Assembly (NCBI GenBank): GCA_043822785.1
Contig: JBDRBN010000048.1
Coordinates: 1 to 34,533, forward strand
DNA length: 34,533 nucleotides
Origin: Pseudomonadota bacterium
Lineage (GTDB): Bacteria; UBA10199; 2-02-FULL-44-16; JAAZCA01
Reading direction: 5' to 3'
This document shows, one piece after another, positions 1 through 9,443 of the stretch. Under the pieces are notes generated by a model, which ran no database searches, was not told the origin of the DNA, and saw only the letters and a list, made by a program, of their open reading frames with translations. A program made the position numbers and the translations under genes. Within the stretch, counting starts at the first letter, position 1. Every line of letters starts with the position of its first letter.

Positions 1-1060
1 TCTTGATTGCGGCCATAACATCGTCGGGAATCTGAAGGTCTTTGAAAATGCCTTTGACCTGCTCCAAGATGTGCTCTTCGCGGAGTCTTTTTCCTTCGCA
101 TGCTCCCTTTGATTTTGTGCAATGAAGATAGACATATTTGCCCTTCTTTAAATCGCTTGTGATTGTGCAGCCGCAGTGCGCACACTTGATGAGACCGCGA
201 AAGATAAAGGGCTTGTCGGAATATTTAAACGGTTTCTTTTTCCAGCCGAGACGACATTCCTGACAACGGTCAAATAATTCTTTGGAGATGATCGGCTCAT
301 GCTTTGCGGGGAGGATTTGGCCTTTGATCTTCATTACGCCATAGTAAAAAGGGTTCTGTATCAATTTGTGAATTTTGCTCGACGGCATCGGGCCGCCGTA
401 GCTTGTTTTGAGCCCCCACTGTTTTGCAAGACCGGCCATCTCACGAACGGATCTTCCACCCTGACCATATTCCTGAAAAATGCGCTTGACCAAGAATGCC
501 CGTTCCTGATCAGGAACAATTTTCTTTTTTCCTGAAGCAGGATCAATGGCGTTGATGTAGCCTACAGGCGCTTTGCCGATCCATTCGCCATTCTTGATTT
601 TGTGGTTGAGGCTCCGTTTCACGTTATCGCTCAAACTCAACACATAAGAATTTGCCATCAACACGGCCATGTTCCACATGAGGATCTGCGTGCCGCTTGA
701 TTCGCGGTTGATGACCAGATTTTCACGGCTAAAATGAAGCTCTACCATCCCCTTCATGCGGTATTCTTCAAGCAATACTGTTTCTTTAAAACTTCTTTGA
801 AATCTATCAACCGCATCACAGACAATCGCCACCGTTTCCTTTTGCTTTTTGGCAAAGGTGAGCATCTGATGAAACTCTTTGCGATTACCCTGCGTGGATG
901 ATTCGATAATCGTGAAGACCTTCAAAACCTTAAATTGCTTCCGTTGGCAATACTCTTTAAGCCTCGCAATCTGTGCATTGATGGAGTGGCCTTCCTCCTG
1001 TTCCCTCGTTGAAACTCTGGCAAGAATGATTGAATTCACAAAACCGCCTTCCAACAGCAT
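1..1060 (-). CDS. Large serine recombinase/integrase (resolvase + recombinase + Zn-ribbon domains), 3' end outside the window
   Basis: Missed by the ORF track because the stop is outside the window. Manual translation gives MLLEGGFVNSIILARVSTREQEEGHSINAQ (catalytic ARVST), VDRFQR, GEWIGKAPVGY, NPFYYG, HEPIISKELFDRCQ, FRGLIKCAHCG and YVYLHC. Start is ATG 1060 or GTG 1039. Confidence 0.92.
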   Translation of the reverse strand, partial: MLLEGGFVNSIILARVSTREQEEGHSINAQIARLKEYCQRKQFKVLKVFTIIESSTQGNRKEFHQMLTFAKKQKETVAIVCDAVDRFQRSFKETVLLEEYRMKGMVELHFSRENLVINRESSGTQILMWNMAVLMANSYVLSLSDNVKRSLNHKIKNGEWIGKAPVGYINAIDPASGKKKIVPDQERAFLVKRIFQEYGQGGRSVREMAGLAKQWGLKTSYGGPMPSSKIHKLIQNPFYYGVMKIKGQILPAKHEPIISKELFDRCQECRLGWKKKPFKYSDKPFIFRGLIKCAHCGCTITSDLKKGKYVYLHCTKSKGACEGKRLREEHILEQVKGIFKDLQIPDDVMAAIK

Positions 1061-1162
1061 GTTGCCATACTAACCGCCATTACTGAAGGCCCTTATTATG
1101 CCGATAGTTCAAACGGTTAGGTCCTTTATCAATTGGGCAACGGGCCGTTGCCCTTTTGTCCA

Positions 1163-1705
1163 TCAATGCAAAATCAAATCTTCACGGAACGGTTCATTTG
1201 CAAGCTTCTTCATAGCCTCAATCGAATAGTTCCAACTGAGATTCTTTTGCGGTATTCTGTTCATCTCGCGAATCGTCTTCTGCATGTTACATTTCTCAAC
1301 TCCATCATCCCTCAAAATATAGAACTGGTAATGCCTTATAAGATCGTTGATATTTCCAAGCACGCGCCTACTCGTACTACGCCCAACCTTGAAAACACCG
1401 CCAACTTCCTTCGCTTTTCTGATCCACTCCGTTGAGAATCCTTCGGACAGCAAGGCATCGTAGAATGAGCTGTTGAACACAGCCGGGAGTTCATTCTTGA
1501 GCGTTGCCCTCGAAACATTGAATACGACGAAAGAAAACAGAGTTGCATCATTTACGAATATAACCCCGTGATTACGTGATACGCCTATAACGTGTGCATG
1601 CCAGTTACCAAGGGGTGAAATTGACACGGCATTATCTGAGGCTAGCTGATTCTCTGGAACATCCAGCTTCTTTAACAATTTTTGCGTGCAACGTAATATC
1701 AACAT
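1163..1705 (-). CDS. DUF6933-like protein
   Basis: 180 aa. The N-terminal ILRCTQKLLKKL, LGNWHAH, FVNDATLFS and TSRRVLGNIND patterns match this family as I recall it. Confidence 0.65.
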   Translation of the reverse strand: MLILRCTQKLLKKLDVPENQLASDNAVSISPLGNWHAHVIGVSRNHGVIFVNDATLFSFVVFNVSRATLKNELPAVFNSSFYDALLSEGFSTEWIRKAKEVGGVFKVGRSTSRRVLGNINDLIRHYQFYILRDDGVEKCNMQKTIREMNRIPQKNLSWNYSIEAMKKLANEPFREDLILH

Positions 1706-1707
1706 CT

Positions 1708-2283
1708 TTAGTTCCTCTTATCAGAATCAATACACATCATTTTTTCGCGGCAACACCATTTGAATTTATTGCCGCTACCGCAGATGCATGGAGAATAAGG
1801 GTCGATATTCTTGATGTTTGAGCGAAGATTTTCTCCGGCATAATCCTTATTGGCGCCTTTAATAACCTTCCATATTTTATGGGTTGGATTTTTTAAGGCA
1901 GTTTTTACCATTTTGTAGTGTTCTTCTAAGCGATCGATGTAAACAGTGTCCATCAGAAGGACTTCCTTGAAAAGTTTTAATAGTGTCGTTGAATATTCAG
2001 ATTGGACATTCAACTCGTCCAAAAAAGATTGCTCCTTTATGACATCATCCGGCGGCGGAGGTTCAAAGGCATGATTGATAGTTGCTAAATGTTTCGCTGG
2101 TTCTTCAGAAACCACATTGAACATTACTCGTCTACAATCGCAATTAGGGTCAATGCAATACAGTTCAACAAAACCGTAACTTCCCTCTGGTAAACCATCT
2201 TGTTCTTTAAAAACAGCTATTGTCCTTGTTTCTTCCAGCCCGATATCCGGAAACAACTGGTGAAACATCATCATGCCTTCCAT
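1708..2283 (-). CDS. SEC-C motif protein
   Basis: 191 aa with C-terminal PCICGSGNKFKWCC and internal ELYCIDPNCDCRRV. SD AGAGGTG upstream. Confidence 0.8.
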   Translation of the reverse strand: MEGMMMFHQLFPDIGLEETRTIAVFKEQDGLPEGSYGFVELYCIDPNCDCRRVMFNVVSEEPAKHLATINHAFEPPPPDDVIKEQSFLDELNVQSEYSTTLLKLFKEVLLMDTVYIDRLEEHYKMVKTALKNPTHKIWKVIKGANKDYAGENLRSNIKNIDPYSPCICGSGNKFKWCCREKMMCIDSDKRN

Positions 2284-2323
2284 AAAACACCTCTTTTCAA
2301 ATTCATAAAGATATTGCCTGTAG

Positions 2324-3178
2324 TCATTTGTTTCCGCCTTTTAGTTTTCTTTTAGGATCGCCACTGGGCAAAAAGTTCTCGCCGGTTACCACGCGCCTTC
2401 CTGTCTTTTGCTCCAGCTCAAGGCGTGCTTTCCTTGCGATCCTTCCGCCTTTCTTACCAGCCTCCGTGTTTTCATTCATGCCGGTTGCGTTGTCGGTTTC
2501 GGCGATCTGACGTGTGGAGAGTTCTGCTAGTGCGGTGAAAATAAGCTCGGCCTCGCTCATGTGATCGCGCAGGTTCTGGGTTTTGAGACCCTTGATGGCC
2601 TTATGCTCTTTGACCGAAACATCGCTCCATTCCTGATGGATGATATTTGTGAGAATTGCGTATTCCTTCTCTTCCTTTATTTCGTGGTCTTTCCAGTAGT
2701 CAGTGAGCTTGTTGCGGGTTTCCTGACCCATCATCCTCTGCTGGATCCATTTCTCGCTTCTGCCATGTTTTTTCCAATAGTCCCGTGCGCGGTCGAGCGA
2801 ACGGGCGGGGTCGCTCATGTCCTGAATCCGTTCGTAACCTACTTTGGCAAGCCATAGTTTGATGGGTTCGGCCTTTGGGCTGGGGACGGATTGGATGAGC
2901 CTTAATAAAGTTTCGGGGGAGGCTGTATCCGTCAGGCGTAACTTACCGTCTTCAGCCACCATTTTCAACCGGTTACAATTTGTAACCGCTTCACTACCTT
3001 CTTTATTTAGGCGATTTTTAAGGACTTTCCAGTAATTTCTGGCGGCCTGATGGTCAGACTGTTGTGTCAAGGCGGCAATAATATCTACGACGGAGAAAAA
3101 CCATGTTTCGGACTCTTCGTCATAGATTCGTCTGATATTATAGTTTTCGAACACTGCCAAGGCCGTTTCTTTATTCAT
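2324..3178 (-). CDS. Bro-N domain DNA-binding protein (antirepressor-like)
   Basis: IRRIYDEESETWFFSVVDII, ARNYWKVLKNRL, LRLIQSVPSPKAEPIKLWLA and NLRDHMS. SD GGAG. Confidence 0.88.
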   Translation of the reverse strand: MNKETALAVFENYNIRRIYDEESETWFFSVVDIIAALTQQSDHQAARNYWKVLKNRLNKEGSEAVTNCNRLKMVAEDGKLRLTDTASPETLLRLIQSVPSPKAEPIKLWLAKVGYERIQDMSDPARSLDRARDYWKKHGRSEKWIQQRMMGQETRNKLTDYWKDHEIKEEKEYAILTNIIHQEWSDVSVKEHKAIKGLKTQNLRDHMSEAELIFTALAELSTRQIAETDNATGMNENTEAGKKGGRIARKARLELEQKTGRRVVTGENFLPSGDPKRKLKGGNK

Positions 3179-3193
3179 CGGTTGTCTCCATAT

Positions 3194-3511
3194 TTATTTC
3201 AAAAGTCTGATTTGCGGCGACGTATCTGTTTTTTCCGCTTCGGCTGAATTCGCAGGTTCAATAAGAGACGGTGCCACATTCCAATGTCCTCCATTGTCAG
3301 TAATGACGGTAACGGTTTTCTTGTTGAAGCGGGTCAATGTCCCTGTCTGTTCCCCATGTCCCGAAGGATGAAATGTGACGCGGTCTCCTATTTTAAATTC
3401 GAACATCTCTTTGTGTGCCCTGACTTGATGCATAATTCTGAGGCGCTCCACAATTTTGTGGTTGAGTTCTATAAGCTCTGCTTCGGTTAGATGATCAATG
3501 TTAAATTTCAT
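3194..3511 (-). CDS. Small hypothetical protein (helical N-terminus, SH3-like beta C-terminus)
   Basis: ATG 3511 has SD GGAGGA. Contains FKIGDRVTF...NKKTVTVITDNGGHWNVAPSL. Fills the operon gap. Confidence 0.75.
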   Translation of the reverse strand: MKFNIDHLTEAELIELNHKIVERLRIMHQVRAHKEMFEFKIGDRVTFHPSGHGEQTGTLTRFNKKTVTVITDNGGHWNVAPSLIEPANSAEAEKTDTSPQIRLLK

Positions 3512-3524
3512 GAAATCCTCCAAT

Positions 3525-5027
3525 TCAACTGGTTTGATCCATTTTTATCAATTCACTTTTTAGAAAATGCGTTGCCCGGCAATCATCTTCATTGTAGCGC
3601 AAAATCTTCTCCTTCATGGCCAGGTTGCCAGCCAAATAGTCATTCATCCAGACAATGGAAGCTGCACCGCCCGCATCTGCCGCATCCCATTTAAAGCCAA
3701 GAAACTTGCAGACTGCTTTTATGCCATAGCTGGTTAGAGGCCAGTCGGTGTTATTGGTGATAACCTTGTATAAATCAAAGGCTGTTCCGTTTTCTCCGAA
3801 TAGGCGCTCAAAGATATCCGTTTCAAGCTTATGTTTATTGATCAATCGCTTAATAGTTGTCTTTTCGTAGTCGCTGTAGTGGTATATGGCAGCATTTGGA
3901 TATTGATTCAAAAAATCGATGAGTTGCTCGGTAATCAATTTTTCATCTTCATATTTCTCTGCAAAAAATGGATGGTATTCAGGTTCTTTTCCTTTCTCTA
4001 CAAGAAGAAGTCCGTGTAAGTAGACAAAATCCTGAGTCGGATCATCCTCAATATCAAAATGAATCTCTGTATCGCTCTCTGGATAAATAATCGGCTCATG
4101 AATTACAGGTTTGCCAGCGATGTAGATGCGAGCGCGCTGGGTAACCTTTCGAGGCAGATCAGCAGGCATGCTTTTCCAAAAAAAGCCCTCTTCTTTCAAT
4201 TTTTGAACCTTTTCAGACAGCTCGTCTGGATTCTGTTTTGCCAAATCCTCAATGGTAGAGATGCCGAGTTCTTTGAGACCGGCTTTCATCGCCTGACCGA
4301 CATAGTGGACAAGCGAAATGTCACGATTCTCTTCAGCCCAATCGATACATGTTTTCTTCCACTCACACATGGCACAGTTGCTGTTGATTATAGGCTCTGC
4401 ACCGAATGCATGGCCGTTTAAATAATTCTCTAACTGATTAAGTGCCCATTCATAGTTTGCCGGGGGCTTATAGAGAGGGACTGATAAGATGCGGGATTTG
4501 GTTTTGTAGATGTAACCCTTCTCCGGTCGCTTGTTCTGCGCCGATGCCAAGAGATCACCATAAAAATAGACCTGCCAGAATTGTTCTATCGTCGTTTTTT
4601 CATTGCCATCGTCCCATGTGGCATCAACCCGAGTAAGCTTGATGTCCATAGGATAGTAATGATGAGAACCAAAAGACGAATCACCGTTTGTTTTTAGCAG
4701 AAGATCTGGCCGTCCAAGTTTATTGCCTGACATCAAAACACCCTGATAGATTATATCGATCCCTTCCTCCATTGCCTTAATTGTCTCTTGAGCCAATTTT
4801 TCAGAGGCGGGAGACTCGGGACTGATTGCTTGAAAGGGTTGATCCGGATGATCCCGCTTAAAAGATTCAATAACCTTTGCCTCGTATTGTACACCGGATT
4901 CCCATAGGAGCTTTACAAGAGGGTGTATCTCTACCTTCAAAGAAGAATCACCATTATAATCCATATATGGACGATAAGGACATTTTTTGAAATTGTAGAG
5001 GTCGGTGGCTGTTATGTATTTTTTCAT
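3525..5027 (-). CDS. TM0106 family RecB-like nuclease with C-terminal RNase H-like domain
   Basis: ITATDLYNFKKCP, GRPDLL, YPMDIK, CAMCEW, FDIEDDP, IYHYSDYE, SYGIKAV and YNEDDCRAT. Confidence 0.9.
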   Translation of the reverse strand: MKKYITATDLYNFKKCPYRPYMDYNGDSSLKVEIHPLVKLLWESGVQYEAKVIESFKRDHPDQPFQAISPESPASEKLAQETIKAMEEGIDIIYQGVLMSGNKLGRPDLLLKTNGDSSFGSHHYYPMDIKLTRVDATWDDGNEKTTIEQFWQVYFYGDLLASAQNKRPEKGYIYKTKSRILSVPLYKPPANYEWALNQLENYLNGHAFGAEPIINSNCAMCEWKKTCIDWAEENRDISLVHYVGQAMKAGLKELGISTIEDLAKQNPDELSEKVQKLKEEGFFWKSMPADLPRKVTQRARIYIAGKPVIHEPIIYPESDTEIHFDIEDDPTQDFVYLHGLLLVEKGKEPEYHPFFAEKYEDEKLITEQLIDFLNQYPNAAIYHYSDYEKTTIKRLINKHKLETDIFERLFGENGTAFDLYKVITNNTDWPLTSYGIKAVCKFLGFKWDAADAGGAASIVWMNDYLAGNLAMKEKILRYNEDDCRATHFLKSELIKMDQTS

Positions 5028-5677
5028 TTAAAATAATGCTCCAAGTTCTGAATTCGTAACTTTAAGTCTTTTGCTTCAAATTTAACTTCCAGAAGATTTT
5101 CGATTTGAGAAAGATGTTCTTTAACAGTTTTGCAATTTATAGATGTATATTTCTCAGGATCTTTGATGCTGTCTTTTGTCGCTAACTGATCTGTTCTCCA
5201 TCCATTATTATTTAAGATATCTTGAGCCTGTACAAATGCAGCTCTCTGGCTTTCAATTATTTCAGGAAGCCATCTTTTCTTTGCTCTCTTTTTTGCAAAA
5301 AAAGAAATCAACACAACAACGAAAATAATTAACAACAATAGAATACAAAAAATAAACCAATACTCACCTGCTGTTAAAGTGGTTTGACTGATTTTTGAAG
5401 AATAAATTATTGATGGGACTTGAATCAGCAGCCCCAGTGCAGCCATAAAAAGAAAAATGTTGTCAATAAGTTTCTTGACACCTAGTTGATGTCCATATTT
5501 TATTGCATGTGGATTTGATCCCCAAAAGGACATATTTAATTCTTTAGGTTCTTTTGGAATGTAAAATTGAGACAAAACTGAAAAAATACCAGCTCCGGAT
5601 AAGAGCATACTCGTCAAATCAAGAACCTTTTTATCGAAAATAATTTCCCTTATTGGATATCCAAAAATGTGCATCAC
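5024..5677 (-). CDS. Hypothetical membrane protein (about 3 TM segments)
   Basis: 217 aa AT-rich ORF with hydrophobic stretches; 4-nt overlap with the downstream gene. Confidence 0.7.
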   Translation of the reverse strand: MMHIFGYPIREIIFDKKVLDLTSMLLSGAGIFSVLSQFYIPKEPKELNMSFWGSNPHAIKYGHQLGVKKLIDNIFLFMAALGLLIQVPSIIYSSKISQTTLTAGEYWFIFCILLLLIIFVVVLISFFAKKRAKKRWLPEIIESQRAAFVQAQDILNNNGWRTDQLATKDSIKDPEKYTSINCKTVKEHLSQIENLLEVKFEAKDLKLRIQNLEHYFK

Positions 5678-5861
5678 AATTCCCCCCGAAAGGCGCGTTG
5701 AGTGATTCTTTGATCAGGAATTGTGGTTTTCATTATTAATTATACCCCTCGATTATCGATTAATGTGGTAATATCTATATACTTGTAATCATTAATAATA
5801 ATGTCATTTTTGGCTATCTTTGGCAGCCTATTATACTCTTTATTACACTTATTCAAGTGTA

Positions 5862-6899
5862 TTACCCTTTCTGTTTCCAGGTGGCCCCTGGGCCGCGTCC
5901 AAGGCATTCGACCTTTTTCGTTTTCTTCATATCATGGAGTACTCTGCGGATCATATCGCGGCTTACAGTGGGACAGGCTTTTTCTAGATCAGAAACAGTA
6001 AAGCCGCTCTTTAGTGAACGAATCGCCGCTTCTATCAATTCAGTTTTTGCCCCCTTTGGTTCTTTTATCTGTCCCGCGCGTTCTTCAAATTCCTTGTATG
6101 CCCCTTTAATAATGAATAAGACATAGTTGATATAATGCCACGGATCATGCTTTCCCTCATGCCACTCCTGAGAGCTGAGCTTTAGCGTTTCATAGTAACG
6201 TTCTTTATTTTCTTCGATAAGGCGTTCCAAGCTAATGTATCGACCGACCTCATATCCTAAATGATATAGTTGGAGCAAAAGGAGCAACCGCGACACGCGA
6301 CCATTACCATCACGAAAAGGGTGGATGCAAAGAAAGTCTAAATTGAAACCTGCTAATACAACTAATGGATGGATCTCTTTTGTCTTGAGATGATATTGCC
6401 ACAATGAGACAAGCTCTTTCATGTATTGCGGAGTTTCTTTTGTTGAAACTGTTTTGAACCGAATGCTGGATGTGCCATCAGCATAACGTTCTATTACATT
6501 GCTATCTTTTGCTTTATATTGACCTGCATCTCCAATTTTACCTCTCGCCAAGTTGTGGAGTTCTTTTATTGTCTTTTCAGTGATTGCAGGCTTCTTTTCA
6601 TGAATCCATTTTAAGGCATTGCGATATCCCCGCACTTCTTCTTCATCACGATCACGCAAGGCAGACCGCCCAAGGATCACAGCTTTTACGCGATCCTGAT
6701 CAACTGTAACCCCCTCAATTCTGTTTGAAGAAACAGCGCTTTCAATAAGCGCATGCTGTCTCAAAACCTTAAGTTTTTGCGGAGATTGTTTTGTATATAG
6801 TTCTTGCTTGCCACGTGCTTCACCTAGATCACCTATATACCAACCCGTTGAAGCAGGTATCTCGTTAAGTTCATTTTCGAATTGTTGCAATGTTTTCAT
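5862..6899 (-). CDS. Fic family protein with C-terminal wHTH
   Basis: Canonical HPFRDGNGRVSR motif and N-terminal autoinhibitory SNRIEG. ATG 6899 has SD GAAGGA; TTG 6908 is an alternative. Confidence 0.95.
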   Translation of the reverse strand: MKTLQQFENELNEIPASTGWYIGDLGEARGKQELYTKQSPQKLKVLRQHALIESAVSSNRIEGVTVDQDRVKAVILGRSALRDRDEEEVRGYRNALKWIHEKKPAITEKTIKELHNLARGKIGDAGQYKAKDSNVIERYADGTSSIRFKTVSTKETPQYMKELVSLWQYHLKTKEIHPLVVLAGFNLDFLCIHPFRDGNGRVSRLLLLLQLYHLGYEVGRYISLERLIEENKERYYETLKLSSQEWHEGKHDPWHYINYVLFIIKGAYKEFEERAGQIKEPKGAKTELIEAAIRSLKSGFTVSDLEKACPTVSRDMIRRVLHDMKKTKKVECLGRGPGATWKQKG

Positions 6900-6904
6900 A
6901 AAAT

Positions 6905-7660
6905 TCAATCCTTCAATTTTGTTTTATCACCTTTGCCCAGATTGCAATCCTGACACAATGTCTGCAAATTGTTTTCCACCGATTTACCACATTTTGAGAA
7001 GGGAATGATGTGATCTAAATGAAGCTTGATGCCAACATCAGTGGCTGGGCTTCGACCGCAATAAACACAACGGAAATTATCTCGGCTCAATACTTTCAAC
7101 CTTAACCGAAGTGGTATCGTGCGGGTCAGCTCAGTTTTAATTTTGTTGTTCTCCCCTAGTCGAACGTGATTCCTGTGTTTCTTGTCTGAGTTATTATCGA
7201 AGTTATCGTCTGCAGTGATGTGCTCTCCCATTTTGCTCTCAATGAATTTAAGGCAAGCGTTTTGCCAGCCTTTAAACCGCTGTTTATATGTAGTGTAGCT
7301 GATTTGAGGTTCTGATGCTTCCCACTCTGTTCGCGATGGTCTGTGTCCCAGAGCTTTCCAAATTCGCTCCATTTCGTTAAAAAGATCTGCATCGGAATAA
7401 ATTCTATTTGGTGGAACTTTTCTCGGGTGCAACCTTAACCCTTTTGTTTTTAGGTGTTCATTTAACGCGGTTAAGGCGGTTTTCCAACCGCCAAATTCCT
7501 TTTTAATGGGCGTAGCGCTAATACTTGCAACCTTGTTAAAATCTCTCCAACCAAATTCAATATATTTGAAATGTGCCGCAGCCTTTTCAAGCTCAGATAA
7601 CATCCTTTCTTTTGAGAATTTATCAATACGATGGCGTTTAAATTGAAAGTTTTGCGGCAT
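6905..7660 (-). CDS. HNH endonuclease with N-terminal homing-endonuclease-associated repeats
   Basis: CVYCG...HLDHIIPFSKCG...NLQTLCQDCNLGK, plus two N-terminal repeats ending FGGWKTAL and FKGWQNAC. Confidence 0.9.
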   Translation of the reverse strand: MPQNFQFKRHRIDKFSKERMLSELEKAAAHFKYIEFGWRDFNKVASISATPIKKEFGGWKTALTALNEHLKTKGLRLHPRKVPPNRIYSDADLFNEMERIWKALGHRPSRTEWEASEPQISYTTYKQRFKGWQNACLKFIESKMGEHITADDNFDNNSDKKHRNHVRLGENNKIKTELTRTIPLRLRLKVLSRDNFRCVYCGRSPATDVGIKLHLDHIIPFSKCGKSVENNLQTLCQDCNLGKGDKTKLKD

Positions 7661-7749
7661 CAGTTTTCGCCTCTTTATACAACGTTCCTAAATTATTTTA
7701 GCTTTACGAACTAAAACACCATTACACATTACACTTATTATTACCACTA

Positions 7750-8877
7750 TTATTTTTTAATATAGTCAGATAGCCTGTGGGCTCTAAATTCTAATAACTG
7801 ATTATGTATTTCAGTGAGATAGCTGGATTTAGAACAAACTTTGTCAATAATTGCAGCTTCGGGCTTTAACCTTCTCACTATCTGTGAAGCTTTGTAACCG
7901 AGGATGCTTTTCAACCCACGCATCCCCGCGGAATTTGCTACCGTGACTACGCCGAGGATCTGCAGGGCCTTTGAGGAGCGGATGTCGGGATTTGCCTTTA
8001 AAATAGCTTGCAAAAAGTCCTCCGGTCTCTGTTTTTCGAATTGGAGCCACTTGGCTTCGGCCATAATCTGATTCCAGAAGTGGAGGAGGATGGTTTGAGA
8101 GGTTTTGTTGTTGAGGGCTTCCTCAAAGGTTAGAGGTGGCTTAATGCTGAGTTTTTTGCAGAGTCTTTTGATCTTAGCGCGGCTGTTTAGGCGAACCTCC
8201 ATGCGGAGTACCTCAAAGGGTTTTGGTAGCTTGTTCAGCAAATCTGTCTGGACCGAGTTGTCTGGTTCAATTGCGCGTTTCTCGCTGATCTTGGATTGTT
8301 CAAGGTCTTTGATCTTGTCGTAGAAGACAATCTCATAGCTGTTTGCATGGTATCGGAGGGTGTGACCGTCGTTGCGGTAATCGGTCTTGTTGAGATCGAG
8401 CCTGCTATTCAGGTTGAGCTTAGAAAGTTGGCGCAGGATCATCGAACTCGTTGTGTAATCCGTAAAGACGAAGTTCTTTGAATAGTGGACGGCGGAGAGT
8501 TTCGAACTGGTTACTTGAAATGGCAGAATTTTAATACCTGTTGCTAATGCCTCATTAGCAAAAAACGCGCTATGACCTGTCGTGTTTTCGAGGCCGTCTT
8601 CCTCAAAATTGTTGCCAAAAAGAAGCTTCGGTAGTGAAAATTCAGCACGAAGATTTTGCGTGTAGCCGCCTCTTGTAAGGCGTTTTGTCAGTGTAAATCG
8701 CGGTCTATGAATGCCGCGCACGAGGTCTTCTTTGCTGGGATTCTGAAAACACTTGATGCATCCATTACCGATTCTGCTGGGCTGGATGTCCATCATCCGT
8801 GCGGATGGGCTGACGCGATCAGGATCGAGAATCTCAAACTGATCCTTCTCAAACGTGATTGCTATCGTATCGATCAT
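7750..8877 (-). CDS. Putative replication initiation protein (phage/plasmid gpII/X-like)
   Basis: MIDTI start, EFSLPKLLFGNN, IVFYDKIKD and VLRMEVRL resemble the gpII/X-type Rep family. Confidence 0.65.
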   Translation of the reverse strand: MIDTIAITFEKDQFEILDPDRVSPSARMMDIQPSRIGNGCIKCFQNPSKEDLVRGIHRPRFTLTKRLTRGGYTQNLRAEFSLPKLLFGNNFEEDGLENTTGHSAFFANEALATGIKILPFQVTSSKLSAVHYSKNFVFTDYTTSSMILRQLSKLNLNSRLDLNKTDYRNDGHTLRYHANSYEIVFYDKIKDLEQSKISEKRAIEPDNSVQTDLLNKLPKPFEVLRMEVRLNSRAKIKRLCKKLSIKPPLTFEEALNNKTSQTILLHFWNQIMAEAKWLQFEKQRPEDFLQAILKANPDIRSSKALQILGVVTVANSAGMRGLKSILGYKASQIVRRLKPEAAIIDKVCSKSSYLTEIHNQLLEFRAHRLSDYIKK

Positions 8878-9142
8878 TGTGTTTCCTCATCACCTCTTCA
8901 AGTTTTTCTACGACGGCTTCTTCAATAATCCTGCCGCTCTCCCGCGTGATCGGGTGAACGACCGGGCGATTGATAATGTTCGATTTTCCGTTTGGATAGG
9001 TCAGCCGATAACCGTCACCGCCCAATCGCTTATGAATGGCTATTGAGCCGACGTATATTTGATCGTCGATTACAAGATTTGCAAAGCCGACAAGACCATC
9101 ACAGGGCTTCACAAAACTGATGTTTACTTCGGATATCTTCAT
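8849..9142 (-). CDS. SpoVG-like nucleic-acid-binding protein
   Basis: MKISEVNISFVKPCDGLVGFANLVIDD...IAIH...LTYP...VVHPITRE fits the SpoVG pattern. Start ATG 9142. Confidence 0.75.
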   Translation of the reverse strand: MKISEVNISFVKPCDGLVGFANLVIDDQIYVGSIAIHKRLGGDGYRLTYPNGKSNIINRPVVHPITRESGRIIEEAVVEKLEEVMRKHNDRYDSNHV

Positions 9143-9320
9143 CGCGTCTTCTCTTTTCGTCTGTATTGGTTTCGGTGGTAGAGGATTGCTCTTTATCGAT
9201 CTGCATGAGGAGTTCAAAAAAGCTCACAAGATTCATGGCGCTTTGGCTGAGTTCCGACTCGGAATCGTGGGGCGAGTATCTGCTGATCGCTGACTTAATC
9301 TCTGAAAACGTGTCCTCCAT
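9099..9320 (-). CDS. Small hypothetical protein heading the rep module
   Basis: 73 aa with an amphipathic NLVSFFELLMQID helix; overlaps the SpoVG-like start. Confidence 0.5.
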   Translation of the reverse strand: MEDTFSEIKSAISRYSPHDSESELSQSAMNLVSFFELLMQIDKEQSSTTETNTDEKRRRDEDIRSKHQFCEAL

Positions 9321-9443
9321 ACACAGTAATATGCTTTGAGCGAAAACTCCCGGGCTTTTTTCATATTTGAAAACTACTTTTTTCGATTGATACTAGGAGC
9401 TAAGATGATATAAGTCCCGGTTATCGTTGGATTAAGGTGATTT

